From Myxococcales bacterium (GTDB taxonomy: Bacteria; Myxococcota_A; UBA9042): a DNA stretch of 45,371 nt. Every line of letters starts with the position of its first letter. Position 1 is the first letter of the stretch. Positions 9,537 to 19,120 of the stretch are shown here, piece by piece. The stretch is taken from positions 1 through 45,371 of the forward strand of contig JBBISH010000041.1 of assembly GCA_037441385.1 (NCBI GenBank), written 5' to 3'. The notes under the pieces are model-generated. The model had not been told where the DNA came from, did not search any database, and saw nothing but the letters and a program-made list of their open reading frames with translations. A program made the translations under genes and the position numbers.

Positions 9537-11291
9537 TCAGGTGCCGGACGGCGGCTCGCCCAGCGCACCCGCCACCAGCGAAGTGAAGTCGGCTGTGTCG
9601 CGCGAGATTCCGTCTTTGGTTCCCAGGACTTCGTAGGCGCGCACGGGCTCGTTGCGCCCCTTGACGTGCAGCTCTTGGACAAAGCGCGCCACGACCGTGT
9701 CGCGGGCTGCCTTCAGGGTCTCTTCGCTGACCAACACACTCACGCCCAGCGCCTTGGTCTGCGACTCCAGCCGCGACGCCAGGTTCACCGTGTCGCCAAT
9801 GACGGTGTACTCCATGCGCTGTTGGCTGCCGATATTGCCCGCCACCACGCTGCCGGTGTGCAAGCCAATCCCCGTGCGTAGGGCCGGGAAGCCGCGCTGC
9901 TGCAGACGTTCGTTCAACGGGGCCAGCGCCAACCGCATGCGCACGGCCGCCCGCAAGGCCCGCACCGCATCTTCGGGGTGCGACACGGGCGCGCCGAATA
10001 CGGCCATGATGGCGTCGCCGATGTACTTGTCGACCACCCCGCCTTCTTCCATGATGATCGCGACCATCGCCGAGAAGTACTCATTGAGCATCGCCACCAC
10101 TTCTTGCGCGGGCATACGCTCGCTCAAAGTAGTAAAGTCGCGAATATCACTAAACAATACCGTAACGAGCATGGTCTTACCGCCCAGCTCGACGTCGCTG
10201 GCCAGCAGGTGGTCGGCCACCACCGCGGTCATGTACTTGCCAAAGGTATCGCGAATCTTGTCGCGTTCTTTCAGGCCTTCGACCATCTGGTTGAAGCCTT
10301 CGGCCAGATCCTCGAGTTCGTCGCCGGTTCGCACGGGCGAAACAGTCACGTACTCCTGTTGTTCCATGCGCTTGAGCGCCGAGCTGACGCGGCCGAGCGC
10401 CTGGGTCATCAGCGACGCGACCCGGCTGCCGATGAGCAACGCCAGCAGCCCGACCAGCGCGGTCGCGGTAAAAGCCATCAGCAGATTATTGCGGACCATC
10501 CGCCGCAAGTCGGTGACGTCGTGCGCCAACACCAGCAGGTACTCGCCCTTGCGGTTGCGCAAGTCGGCCACGTCAAAGCGGAGGACCGCCCAATCCCGGC
10601 CGCCCGCCTCGATTTGCTGGACCTGCCGCGACGCTTGTTCGGCCGCCACGGCGGGCATCCCATCGGTGGCCACCAGCGCGCGGGTGGTCTTGGGCGCCGT
10701 CAGAGCCATCTCGATGCCCAGCTTGTGGGCGGCGTTGTCCAAGAAGTCCTTGTCCAGCGGCAGACACACGAACACCGCGCCAAGTCCCGGGATCGGCACC
10801 GCCAGGGTGTAGGCCGGCGGGCTGTCGGTCGACTTGTCTTCGCAACCGTGGCGCAAGATGCCCGCAAACTCCTTGCCGTTCTGGATTTCTTGAAACGAGC
10901 GGTGTTGCGCCAAGTCGGCCCGCGGTTTTTGGCAGCCGATCTGCGCGACCACCTGACCGCGAACGTCGACAAACAGAATGTCGAAGGTGGGGAAGAATTT
11001 GCGAAAACGATCGGCCAAACCGCGGGCCTGTGCAGCGTCGCCACTGCGCAAGGCGTTCCACGTCTCGGGGTCCAGAGCCAGCAGGCGCGCGGCAATCGCC
11101 ACGTCGCCCACGTCGTCCTCCATCTCCATGCGGAAGGCCGTTTCGGCTTCCATTACATGGTCTTGCACCTGGTTCACCAACTGGCGGTCCAGCGCCCACC
11201 ACAGCCCAGGCAGGATGCCCAGGGTGACGACCACCGGCGTGAGCACCAGCGCGGTCAGTTTCTGCTTGACGGTTCGGAGGGTCTTGGCCAT
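9537..11291 (-). CDS. membrane-bound class III adenylate cyclase (TM-extracellular sensor-TM-HAMP-CHD)
   Basis: FSDIRDFT, DKYIGDAIMA, YTVIGDTVNLASRLE motifs; the Lys/Thr specificity residues fit ATP use; HAMP DELEDLAEGFNQM. Confidence 0.93.
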   Translation of the reverse strand: MAKTLRTVKQKLTALVLTPVVVTLGILPGLWWALDRQLVNQVQDHVMEAETAFRMEMEDDVGDVAIAARLLALDPETWNALRSGDAAQARGLADRFRKFFPTFDILFVDVRGQVVAQIGCQKPRADLAQHRSFQEIQNGKEFAGILRHGCEDKSTDSPPAYTLAVPIPGLGAVFVCLPLDKDFLDNAAHKLGIEMALTAPKTTRALVATDGMPAVAAEQASRQVQQIEAGGRDWAVLRFDVADLRNRKGEYLLVLAHDVTDLRRMVRNNLLMAFTATALVGLLALLIGSRVASLMTQALGRVSSALKRMEQQEYVTVSPVRTGDELEDLAEGFNQMVEGLKERDKIRDTFGKYMTAVVADHLLASDVELGGKTMLVTVLFSDIRDFTTLSERMPAQEVVAMLNEYFSAMVAIIMEEGGVVDKYIGDAIMAVFGAPVSHPEDAVRALRAAVRMRLALAPLNERLQQRGFPALRTGIGLHTGSVVAGNIGSQQRMEYTVIGDTVNLASRLESQTKALGVSVLVSEETLKAARDTVVARFVQELHVKGRNEPVRAYEVLGTKDGISRDTADFTSLVAGALGEPPSGT

Positions 11292-11453
11292 GGCACGGCT
11301 CCGCCGGCTGCGCAGGCAAGGGCAGCAGGACTGCGGCATTGTCGCCGCAATTGCCCGCAACGTCTATGGACCAGCGCAGGCCCCACTTTTGGCCCCTTGC
11401 AGCGGCGGCCGCAGTGCTGGCATCGTGGGCGTGCGCATGGCTGCGCAGCGTGG

Positions 11454-14400
11454 ATGGCAATGCTTGGCCACCGTTCTTGGCTGCTTTGGCTGGCACTGCT
11501 CTTGGGCGGCGCGGCGTGCACACCGCCCCCGCAGCGGTCCAGCCGTGCCAGCGCGGCAGCCGACGCTGCGGGTGTTCCGGACACCATTCAACATGCTGAT
11601 ACCATTACAGATAGCCAACCAGACCCCGCTGCCGATGCCAGCGCAAGCAGCGACGCTCTGCCCGCAGACGGCGAGCCCGTACCGGCCGACACGTCGGCGG
11701 CCCCGGATGCAGCCACGGCCACCTGTGCGGACCCAACGGCGATCGCCGCCCTGCCCACCGCGCACTGTGGCGCTGCGGCCGGGCTGCCAAGCTGGGCCTC
11801 CAACCCAGGTGGCGGCAGCACCTTCCACTTCAGTTGCCCCACGGCGGCGCTGCCCCTGGAGCTGCAGGCCACGTTCCTGCTGGATGGGGCCGTGCGCCTG
11901 CGCTACCTGCCCGGCGGCGGCCCGGCGATCTGGCCGACGCTGGCGCTGCTGGACCAGCCCAATCTACCTGCAACGTCGCCAAGTTACGGCCATACTTGCC
12001 AGGGCGCAGCTGTGTGTGCCGCGGGTCTGGCGCTTCACGTAGACACGGCGTGCCGGGTGCGCCTGGTCGACGCGCAAGGCAATACGGTCCTGGAAGACGC
12101 ACCAGACGGCGGGTTTGTCCAAACGGCGAGCGGCCCCAGTCTGGTGCGCGCCGCACCGGCCGACGCGCGCTATTTTGGCCTGGGTGCCAAGACCGGCGGC
12201 TTGGATCACCGCGGCAAGACTTGGACTTTGCGCAGCACGGACGCGTACGTCAGCGCGCTGGGGGGCTACGATCCGGCCGGCGACCCCTTGTACCTGGCCA
12301 TCCCGTGGTTGCTGGTCAAACGCGGCCCGACCGTGGCCGGCGTGCTCACCGACAACGCGTACAAGCAAATCTACGACTTGGCGGCCAGCCAGGCGGATCG
12401 CTGGCGAGTGACCGCCCAGGACGGCGCCCTGGATCAGATCGTAGTCGCGGGGCCAAGCGCCTCGCAAGTGCTCGACCGATATAGCCAACTAACTGGTCGG
12501 CCGTTTCTGCCGCCGCGCTGGGCCTTGGGCTGGCACCAGTCGCGCTGGGGCTACCCCGATAGCGCCGCGTTTGTGGCGGTCGCCAAGAAGTACCGCGAGC
12601 TACAGATCCCCTGCGACAGTCTGTGGTTCGACATTCAAAAAATGCAGGGGTTCCGGTCGTTTACCTGGGATCCCGCCAAGTTCGCTGATCCCAAGGGCTT
12701 GACCCAGCAACTGCACGACAGCGGCTTTCAGGTCGTCGCCATCGTCGATCCGGGCCTGAAGGCCGACCCGAATTGGCCAACCTACCAACAAGGGCTGGCG
12801 GGCCACTACTTTCTGCCCGCAGGCGCCGCCCAGCCGTACCTGGGGCAAGTCTGGCCGGGCGCAGCGGCTTTTCCCGATTTCACCAACCCCACGACGCGGG
12901 CGTGGTGGGCGAGCGCGCTGGTCCCGCAAGAAACGGCGCAAGGGACTGACGCGCTGTGGATCGACATGAACGAACCGTCTGACTTTACGGCCAATCAGGG
13001 TGGCAGCGTGCCCGACGCTCTGGCGGTGGACGGCGACGGGCACCCGGCGACCATGGCCGCGGCGCACAACTTGTACGCGCTGCGCATGGCCGAGGCTACG
13101 CAACTGGGCCTGCAGCAAGCCTATCCCCAGCGACGGCCGTTCGTGCTGTCGCGCGCCGGCTATGCGGGGATCCAGCGCCACGCCGCCAATTGGACCGGGG
13201 ACGCACCGTCGAACACCGCGACGTTGGCCGGAACGTTGCCGATGCTGCTGGGCATGGGTCTGTCGGGCCAGCCGTGGGCGGGTTCGGACGTGGGTGGCTA
13301 CTCGGGCAGCGCGGACCCGGCGCTGTTTGCCCGCTGGCTGGCGCTGGGCTGCCTGTCGCCGTTTTTCCGTGGCCACGCCGAGCAGAACGCGCCGCCCCAG
13401 GAGCCGTGGCAGTTTGGCCAGGAAGTGCAGGACATTTCGCGCAATTTGATCGGCGCCCGCTACCGGCTGCTGCCGTACTGGGAAGCCTTGGCCGACGAGG
13501 CGAACCGCACCGGTACCCCCCTGCTGCGGCCGCTGTGGTGGCATTTCCCGGCCGCGCCCGAGCTGGAGACGGTGGGAGATCAGGCACTGCTTGGCCCGTA
13601 TGTGCTGGTGGCGCCCCACCTTTCGCCCACGGCGACGACGCGCAGCGTGGTCTTCCCGCCGGGGCGCTGGCTGCAGGCTCAGTCGGGGGCGGTGGTCGAG
13701 GGGCCGACGACACTGCAAGTCAGCGGGCCGCTTGCTGATCTTCCAATGTGGCTGCGGCAGGGGGCGATCGTGCCGCGCGGGCCGTTGCGCCAATGGAGCG
13801 GCCAAAACGTGAGCGGTCCACTCGACTTAGACGTGGTGCCCGGGCCAGAGGCCAGCGAATTGCGGCTGCGGCTGGACGCGGGCGACGGGCCGCCGACCGC
13901 GCCGTGGCGGCGCATCCGATTGCAGCAGCAGCCAATGGCTACTGGCACCGAGCTGTCGGCAACCGTGGAACCGGGCTCGACTTTTGACCCTGCGCCGCAA
14001 GCCTGGCGCGTCCGTTTCTGGCGCCTGGATGCCGTGCCCAGCGCCGTGCTGCTGCAGGGCCAGCCGGTGCCGCAGGTGAGCAACGCGCTTTTGCCTGCGG
14101 CCACCCCAGGTTGGTCGTGGGACGCCAACGAACGTTCGCTGATGGTGCAACTGCCGGCGACCACGACGGCGGGGCCGTGGCAGCTGCAGGTGACCCATGC
14201 GCAGACGCCGCAGGGGCCGCCGCTGCTGGCGGCGCCGACGATCGACGTGCCGCTGACCGTGCAGGTTCCCGCCAATACACCAACCAGTACGCCTATCTAC
14301 GTGGCTCACTCGGGCAATGGCTGGACCCAGCAGCCGCTGCCGTGGACTTCGACCCCGGGGATCGCGGCGGGCGTGATCAGCGTGCCGCGCGGCCAATGGT

Positions 14401-14561
14401 TCGAGTACAAGTACACGCGCGGCGGCTGGGCGACGGTCGAGAAGTATCCCGGCTGCGTCGAGGCCAAAAACCGCTACGCGTTTGGGGCGTTGCACACGGC
14501 TTCGCTGGATCAGGCGGGGCAGTCGGATCAAGTTTGGGCCTGGGCCGACGGCTGTCTCTAG
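11454..14561 (+). CDS. GH31 alpha-glucosidase-like lipoprotein with C-terminal CBM20-like starch-binding domain
   Basis: Lipobox GAAC; WHQSRWGY, nucleophile WIDMNEP, SRAGYAGIQR, WTGD, GSDVGG; C-terminal VPANTP..IYVA..FEYKYTRG.W..VEK. Confidence 0.92.
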   Translation: MAMLGHRSWLLWLALLLGGAACTPPPQRSSRASAAADAAGVPDTIQHADTITDSQPDPAADASASSDALPADGEPVPADTSAAPDAATATCADPTAIAALPTAHCGAAAGLPSWASNPGGGSTFHFSCPTAALPLELQATFLLDGAVRLRYLPGGGPAIWPTLALLDQPNLPATSPSYGHTCQGAAVCAAGLALHVDTACRVRLVDAQGNTVLEDAPDGGFVQTASGPSLVRAAPADARYFGLGAKTGGLDHRGKTWTLRSTDAYVSALGGYDPAGDPLYLAIPWLLVKRGPTVAGVLTDNAYKQIYDLAASQADRWRVTAQDGALDQIVVAGPSASQVLDRYSQLTGRPFLPPRWALGWHQSRWGYPDSAAFVAVAKKYRELQIPCDSLWFDIQKMQGFRSFTWDPAKFADPKGLTQQLHDSGFQVVAIVDPGLKADPNWPTYQQGLAGHYFLPAGAAQPYLGQVWPGAAAFPDFTNPTTRAWWASALVPQETAQGTDALWIDMNEPSDFTANQGGSVPDALAVDGDGHPATMAAAHNLYALRMAEATQLGLQQAYPQRRPFVLSRAGYAGIQRHAANWTGDAPSNTATLAGTLPMLLGMGLSGQPWAGSDVGGYSGSADPALFARWLALGCLSPFFRGHAEQNAPPQEPWQFGQEVQDISRNLIGARYRLLPYWEALADEANRTGTPLLRPLWWHFPAAPELETVGDQALLGPYVLVAPHLSPTATTRSVVFPPGRWLQAQSGAVVEGPTTLQVSGPLADLPMWLRQGAIVPRGPLRQWSGQNVSGPLDLDVVPGPEASELRLRLDAGDGPPTAPWRRIRLQQQPMATGTELSATVEPGSTFDPAPQAWRVRFWRLDAVPSAVLLQGQPVPQVSNALLPAATPGWSWDANERSLMVQLPATTTAGPWQLQVTHAQTPQGPPLLAAPTIDVPLTVQVPANTPTSTPIYVAHSGNGWTQQPLPWTSTPGIAAGVISVPRGQWFEYKYTRGGWATVEKYPGCVEAKNRYAFGALHTASLDQAGQSDQVWAWADGCL

Positions 14562-14692
14562 TACCAGTTCCGCCCAAATCGGATCGAGCAATCCGGCAAT
14601 TCTTCGGGCCCGAAGCGGGGTCCCCGTCTGATTCTCGCCGGTTGCGGACCGGATCAGAGAATATCGGCGTGACTCCGGTGGAGTGCGTGTCA
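14559..14692 (+). repeat. dispersed intergenic repeat, long form (134 bp)
   Basis: Runs exactly from the TAG of the GH31 gene to the TGA (tca) of the convergent desaturase gene; contains TTCGGGCCCGAA and CGGGGTCCCCG. Confidence 0.92.
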
Positions 14693-15784
14693 ATGCGCAG
14701 CAATCGCCGGTGGTTGGCCCATTGCCCGCAGCCAGGCCAGATGCGCGGCCATCGCCCGGGCGAGCGTGCGCTGGTAGTGGTACTCCAGCCCGTGATCGAC
14801 CGCGGTTTGCTGGACGATGCGCGCAATCGCCGGGTAGTGCAGGTGGCAGACGCGCGGAAACAGGTGGTGCACCACTTGGAAGTTCAGGCCGCCCATGAAC
14901 CACGTCAAGATCTGGCTGCGCGGCGCAAAATCGACCGTGGTCGCCAGTTGGTGCTCAGCCCAATCGCGGTGCATCGGCTCGCCAGGCTCGGTAAATTCAG
15001 CACCTTGCGCACAATGCGCCAGTTGGAACGTCGTGCCCAGAACCACGCCCACGGTCGACGACGCCACCAGCCACAGCGCCACTACCGCCCACGCCGGATG
15101 AAGCAGCACCGGCAACGCTAGCGACCACCCCAAGAACAGCGCCTTGCCGCCCAGGAGCACGACCCAATCGAGCAGCCCGGGCGCGGGCAGCGCCGTGGCG
15201 CCCACCCGGCGGATGGCCAGGTTGTAGAAATCGTCGAACAAGACCCACTTGGGCAGCAAGAACGCATACAGCACGAACATGTACACGTGTTGCGCGCGGT
15301 GCCATGGCCGCCAGCGCTGCCCCGGCGCCAAGCGTGCCAGTGGCCCCAGCTCCAAGTCGTCGTCCACCCCAACCACGTTGGTCCAGGTGTGATGGACCGT
15401 GTTGTGCTTGGTCTTCCACACGTGCGAGCTGCAACCCAGACTGTCCAAGGTCCAGCCCATCAGGCGATTGACCCAAGGCCAGCGCGAGTAGCCGCTGTGG
15501 TTCGCGTCGTGCATCACGGCCATACCAATGGCCGACACCCCCAGGCCCAGGCCGATCGCTAGCGGCAGGGCCAGCAGCCAGCCCACATCGCCAAAAACCA
15601 GCGCAGCCCAACAGCCCGCAGTCCAAAGCAAGATCAGCGCGGTCTTGCGGTACATGGCTGGGAGGTCGCGGCGGGCTTGGCCCGTGGCGGCAAAGTAGGC
15701 GTCGACTCGACCCTCTAGGTCGTGACGAAATGTGCCTTCTTTCAAGAATTTTGGCGGCTTCGGCAGAGCGGCGGTCGTGAACAT
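14690..15784 (-). CDS. membrane fatty acid (acyl-CoA/linoleoyl-CoA type) desaturase
   Basis: His boxes HDANH, HNTVHH, QVVHH; GGLNFQ motif. Confidence 0.93.
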   Translation of the reverse strand: MFTTAALPKPPKFLKEGTFRHDLEGRVDAYFAATGQARRDLPAMYRKTALILLWTAGCWAALVFGDVGWLLALPLAIGLGLGVSAIGMAVMHDANHSGYSRWPWVNRLMGWTLDSLGCSSHVWKTKHNTVHHTWTNVVGVDDDLELGPLARLAPGQRWRPWHRAQHVYMFVLYAFLLPKWVLFDDFYNLAIRRVGATALPAPGLLDWVVLLGGKALFLGWSLALPVLLHPAWAVVALWLVASSTVGVVLGTTFQLAHCAQGAEFTEPGEPMHRDWAEHQLATTVDFAPRSQILTWFMGGLNFQVVHHLFPRVCHLHYPAIARIVQQTAVDHGLEYHYQRTLARAMAAHLAWLRAMGQPPAIAAH

Positions 15785-15943
15785 GGCGGCAGGCGCAGAG
15801 CCGCGAATCGGCGAGATGCGGGGAATTGCCCTGTGCCTGCCGAGAGGAAAGCAGCCCGCATGCAACGGCGCAAGCGGTCGCCCATGCCGTGACGGAAATA
15901 TGACGCAATGATGACTGCCCGGCGACCGACTCGCTGGAGTGGC

Positions 15944-16078
15944 TCATGCCGGTTCCGTGCGAATCGGATCGAAGACTCAGGCGATTCTTCGAGCCCGAGC
16001 CGGGTTCCCTACCTAATTCTTGCTAGTTGTAGATCGGGTCACCGAAACCGTACAGCCGTGAATCAGGTGGGGTGCCTA
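15944..16078 (+). repeat. dispersed intergenic repeat, long form (diverged)
   Basis: GAATCGGATCGAAGACTC...GTGAATCAGGTGGGGTGC; ends at the pfkA stop codon. Confidence 0.88.
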
Positions 16079-17416
16079 GCCGGCGTTGACCATCCGCTCT
16101 GGCTGGCCGGTGGACTGCAACACGGCGCGCCACAAGGGATGGGCGGGGTCCAAGCGCTTGCGCCCCGCGGTCACGGCGCCGATCGGCACGTGCACTTGCC
16201 GGCCGCGGACGCGGCCCACCAGCATGGCGGTCTTGCCGGCCAGAGCCGCGTGCACCGCATTCTGCCCCATTTCTTGGCAGTACACCGCGTCCGAGGCATC
16301 GGCCGGGGCGCTGCGAATCGTGTAGCCCGGATCGATGTAGCGCACGGCCACGGCGACCGAGCGCTCGGTAAAGAACCTTTCGATGCGACCGCGAAGCAGG
16401 CGGCCGATGTCGCCCAATTTGACGTTGCCAGACGGGTCTTTGCCCGCCGCGCGCATCTCTTCGGCCAGGTACTCCTGACCGGCGCCTTCGGCCACGACCA
16501 CCAGCGCATGGCGGCGCGCCATCAGGCGGCGGTGGAGGTGGGCCAGCACGCCGTTGGGTCCGTCGAGCTCAAACGGAACCTCTGGCACCAGCACGAAATT
16601 CGCCTCGCCAGAGGCCAGAGCCGCTTGCGCCGCGATAAAGCCCGCATCGCGCCCCATCAGCCGCACCAGACCCACGCCGTGGAAGGCGCCGTGAGCCTCG
16701 GCATGGGCGGCATCGATGGCTTGGCGGGCCAGACTGACTGCCGTAGAGAAACCGAACGTTTGATCCACAAAGAGGATGTCGTTGTCGATGGTCTTGGGAA
16801 TGCCGATGACCGCCGTCTCGAGCTTGGCGGCGCGCACCGCGTTCGAGATGGCCTGGGCCGCGCGCTGGGTGCCGTCGCCGCCGACCATGAACAGCACGTT
16901 GATCGCCTCGCGGTTGATGAAGCGCACGATGTCGTCGACCGGCGGCGTGCCGCGCGACGAGCCCAGCAGCGAACCGCCCTCGCGATGGATGCTTTTGACC
17001 GACTCGGGCGTCAGGCGCATCGGCGCGCAGTCTTCGCTCATGAAGCCGCGCAATCCGTAGCGAATTCCCAGGATTTGCTGGACGCCGTAGTGGTGCGACA
17101 GGGTCATCACCAGCGAGCGCACCACGTCGTTGATGCCCGGGCACAGGCCACCGGCCGTCACGATGGCTGCGCGCACGTCGGCTGGCCGGAAGTAGAGGCG
17201 TTCGCGCGGTCCAGCGAGTTCCACGGTCGGGGGCTGCTCGTTGCGCTCGACAAAGGCACGCACCGTGTCCCAGTTCTCGTGAAACAACAACCTATCATCA
17301 TCATTGGTGAATTCAGCCTGACCACCCTGTGCAGTGTGGGCCAGCTGGAGGGGCGACGAAAATCGGCAAGGACCAAGAGATTCGATAGCAAAGTCAGAAA
17401 GGTGCAGTGGCTCCAT
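16076..17416 (-). CDS. pfkA: ATP-dependent 6-phosphofructokinase (GGDG/PKTIDND clade)
   Basis: GGLCPGINDV, GSSRG, GGDGT, PKTIDND, LMGRDAG, VAEGAG, YIDPGY.IRS motifs. Confidence 0.93.
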   Translation of the reverse strand: MEPLHLSDFAIESLGPCRFSSPLQLAHTAQGGQAEFTNDDDRLLFHENWDTVRAFVERNEQPPTVELAGPRERLYFRPADVRAAIVTAGGLCPGINDVVRSLVMTLSHHYGVQQILGIRYGLRGFMSEDCAPMRLTPESVKSIHREGGSLLGSSRGTPPVDDIVRFINREAINVLFMVGGDGTQRAAQAISNAVRAAKLETAVIGIPKTIDNDILFVDQTFGFSTAVSLARQAIDAAHAEAHGAFHGVGLVRLMGRDAGFIAAQAALASGEANFVLVPEVPFELDGPNGVLAHLHRRLMARRHALVVVAEGAGQEYLAEEMRAAGKDPSGNVKLGDIGRLLRGRIERFFTERSVAVAVRYIDPGYTIRSAPADASDAVYCQEMGQNAVHAALAGKTAMLVGRVRGRQVHVPIGAVTAGRKRLDPAHPLWRAVLQSTGQPERMVNAG

Positions 17417-17588
17417 ACGGCAGAAATCCTTTGGGCGGCGGCGCGCGTCGCGAACGCAGTGTCCCACTCCCTGCGGCGAGCGGCAACGGTACCGGCCAAC
17501 TTCCCGCGCCGGCGCCAGCTTGACGTCGCCCACGGGCCCGCGCAAAGTCGCCGCCCAGCAGCACTCGGCTGCGCGCCAAAGATCGACC

Positions 17589-18038
17589 ATGAATGACATC
17601 GCCGAAGCCATCAACGATTTGCACCGGGGCACTTTTGCCGAGCTGCTGGGCCTGAGCGTGCAGAGCGCCAGTCGCGACGAGGTGGTCGCGCAAGTGACCG
17701 TCACGCCAAATCATTACCAGCCCCACGGCATCGTGCACGGCGGCGTCTACGCCAGCATCATTGAATCGCTCGCGTCGATCGGCGCCGCGCTGGACGCGAT
17801 GCCCCACGGCCGCACCGCGGTGGGCCTGGACAATCACACCTCGTTCATCCGCGCCACCCGCGACGGCGTGCTGACCTGCCGGGCCTTGCCGGTGACGCGC
17901 GGACGCCGCAGCCAGCTCTGGGACGCCACCATTCACAATGCGGCCGGCGAACTGGTCGCCAGTGGCCGGGTGCGCCTGTTGATCTTGGAGGCCGACGCGA
18001 CGGTGGCGGGCAGCGAACTCAAAGGGCCGCCGATCTAG
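17589..18038 (+). CDS. PaaI-family hotdog thioesterase
   Basis: QPHGIVHGGVYASIIE motif. Confidence 0.9.
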   Translation: MNDIAEAINDLHRGTFAELLGLSVQSASRDEVVAQVTVTPNHYQPHGIVHGGVYASIIESLASIGAALDAMPHGRTAVGLDNHTSFIRATRDGVLTCRALPVTRGRRSQLWDATIHNAAGELVASGRVRLLILEADATVAGSELKGPPI

Positions 18039-18985
18039 CTTCGACCGATTTGCATCACAATCGGGCAGTGATCCGAAGCCTTGGGCCGGTCGAAGCCGAT
18101 GCCGTCCAAGCGCGGACCCGCGTAGCGCGACGCACGCCCGGGCTGGCCGCGGCGCTCGATGTGCGGCAATGCCGGCGACTGTTCGCCCAGGCGGCGCGAC
18201 AAAAGCAGGTAGTCGAGCTGCTCGTAGCTGGGCGGCAACCCGCGGTCGGGCAGCCCGCGCCAAAAGTGCGTCCAGCGCTCGGGCTCGGGCAGGCGCGCGG
18301 CCACGTTGCAGGCCTGCGGCCAGTGCACCAGCTCGTCAATTCCTGAAGGGCCCTGTTCGTCCGTGGCCAGGTAGTCGTTGAAATCCCCCAGGATCACCCA
18401 CGAGTGGTCGCCCGGCGTGGGACCGAAGCGCGCCCGAACGATGTCCATCACGGTGCGGCACTGGCGTTGCCGCAGCGGCCGGGTGCGCGCGCGGCCACCG
18501 TCTTGGCCATCGTCGCGCATCGACTTGAAGTGATTGACATAGAGCGTCACCACCCCGAGCTGTGGGCACAGGACATCCACCTCCAAACAATCGCGCGAGA
18601 ACACCGGCTTGGGTGCAGAGACATCCCACAAGTGTTGGTACGAGCGCGCGTGCACCAACGGCAAACGCGAGAGCACAGCGACGTCGATGCCGCGTTCGTC
18701 GTTGCCGTCAATGGCCAGCAAATAGGGGTAGTTCTGGCGTCCACCCAAGTACAGATCGCGAAATCGTTTCAGCGTCGCCATGCCCTCGACCTCTTGCAGG
18801 GCGACGACATCGGCGTCGAGCAAGGAAATCAACTTGGCGGTCAGCACCTTGGCGTCGGCCTGGGCGATACGCTGCCGCAAGTCTTCGCTGGTAAAGCCGT
18901 GTTGGGCCGCGTCGTCGGGGTCGACGCCGTGGGCAAAGCGAAAGCGAGTGAACAAGTTCTCTACGTTGAAGGTGGCCAAGCGCAT
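18035..18985 (-). CDS. endonuclease/exonuclease/phosphatase (EEP) family protein
   Basis: ATFNVENLF, ALQEVE, VNHFKS, LGDFND, LDY, SDHCP motifs. Confidence 0.92.
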   Translation of the reverse strand: MRLATFNVENLFTRFRFAHGVDPDDAAQHGFTSEDLRQRIAQADAKVLTAKLISLLDADVVALQEVEGMATLKRFRDLYLGGRQNYPYLLAIDGNDERGIDVAVLSRLPLVHARSYQHLWDVSAPKPVFSRDCLEVDVLCPQLGVVTLYVNHFKSMRDDGQDGGRARTRPLRQRQCRTVMDIVRARFGPTPGDHSWVILGDFNDYLATDEQGPSGIDELVHWPQACNVAARLPEPERWTHFWRGLPDRGLPPSYEQLDYLLLSRRLGEQSPALPHIERRGQPGRASRYAGPRLDGIGFDRPKASDHCPIVMQIGRS

Positions 18986-19120
18986 GGGCCTAGCATAGCC
19001 GCGGAAGCGCAGCACCGCCACGGATCGCTTGAGTCAAGTTGCGCTGGCGCAGTTTGGTAGTAAGCTGGCACTGGCGACGCCCCGGTCGCCTCCACACAAG
19101 AGCATCTAGTGTCCCAATCC

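Noticed and set aside
9978..11453. N-terminal ~490 aa of the 1527-aa ORF
   Set aside because: Antisense shadow of the adenylate cyclase; the real GH31 starts at the signal peptide at ~11454
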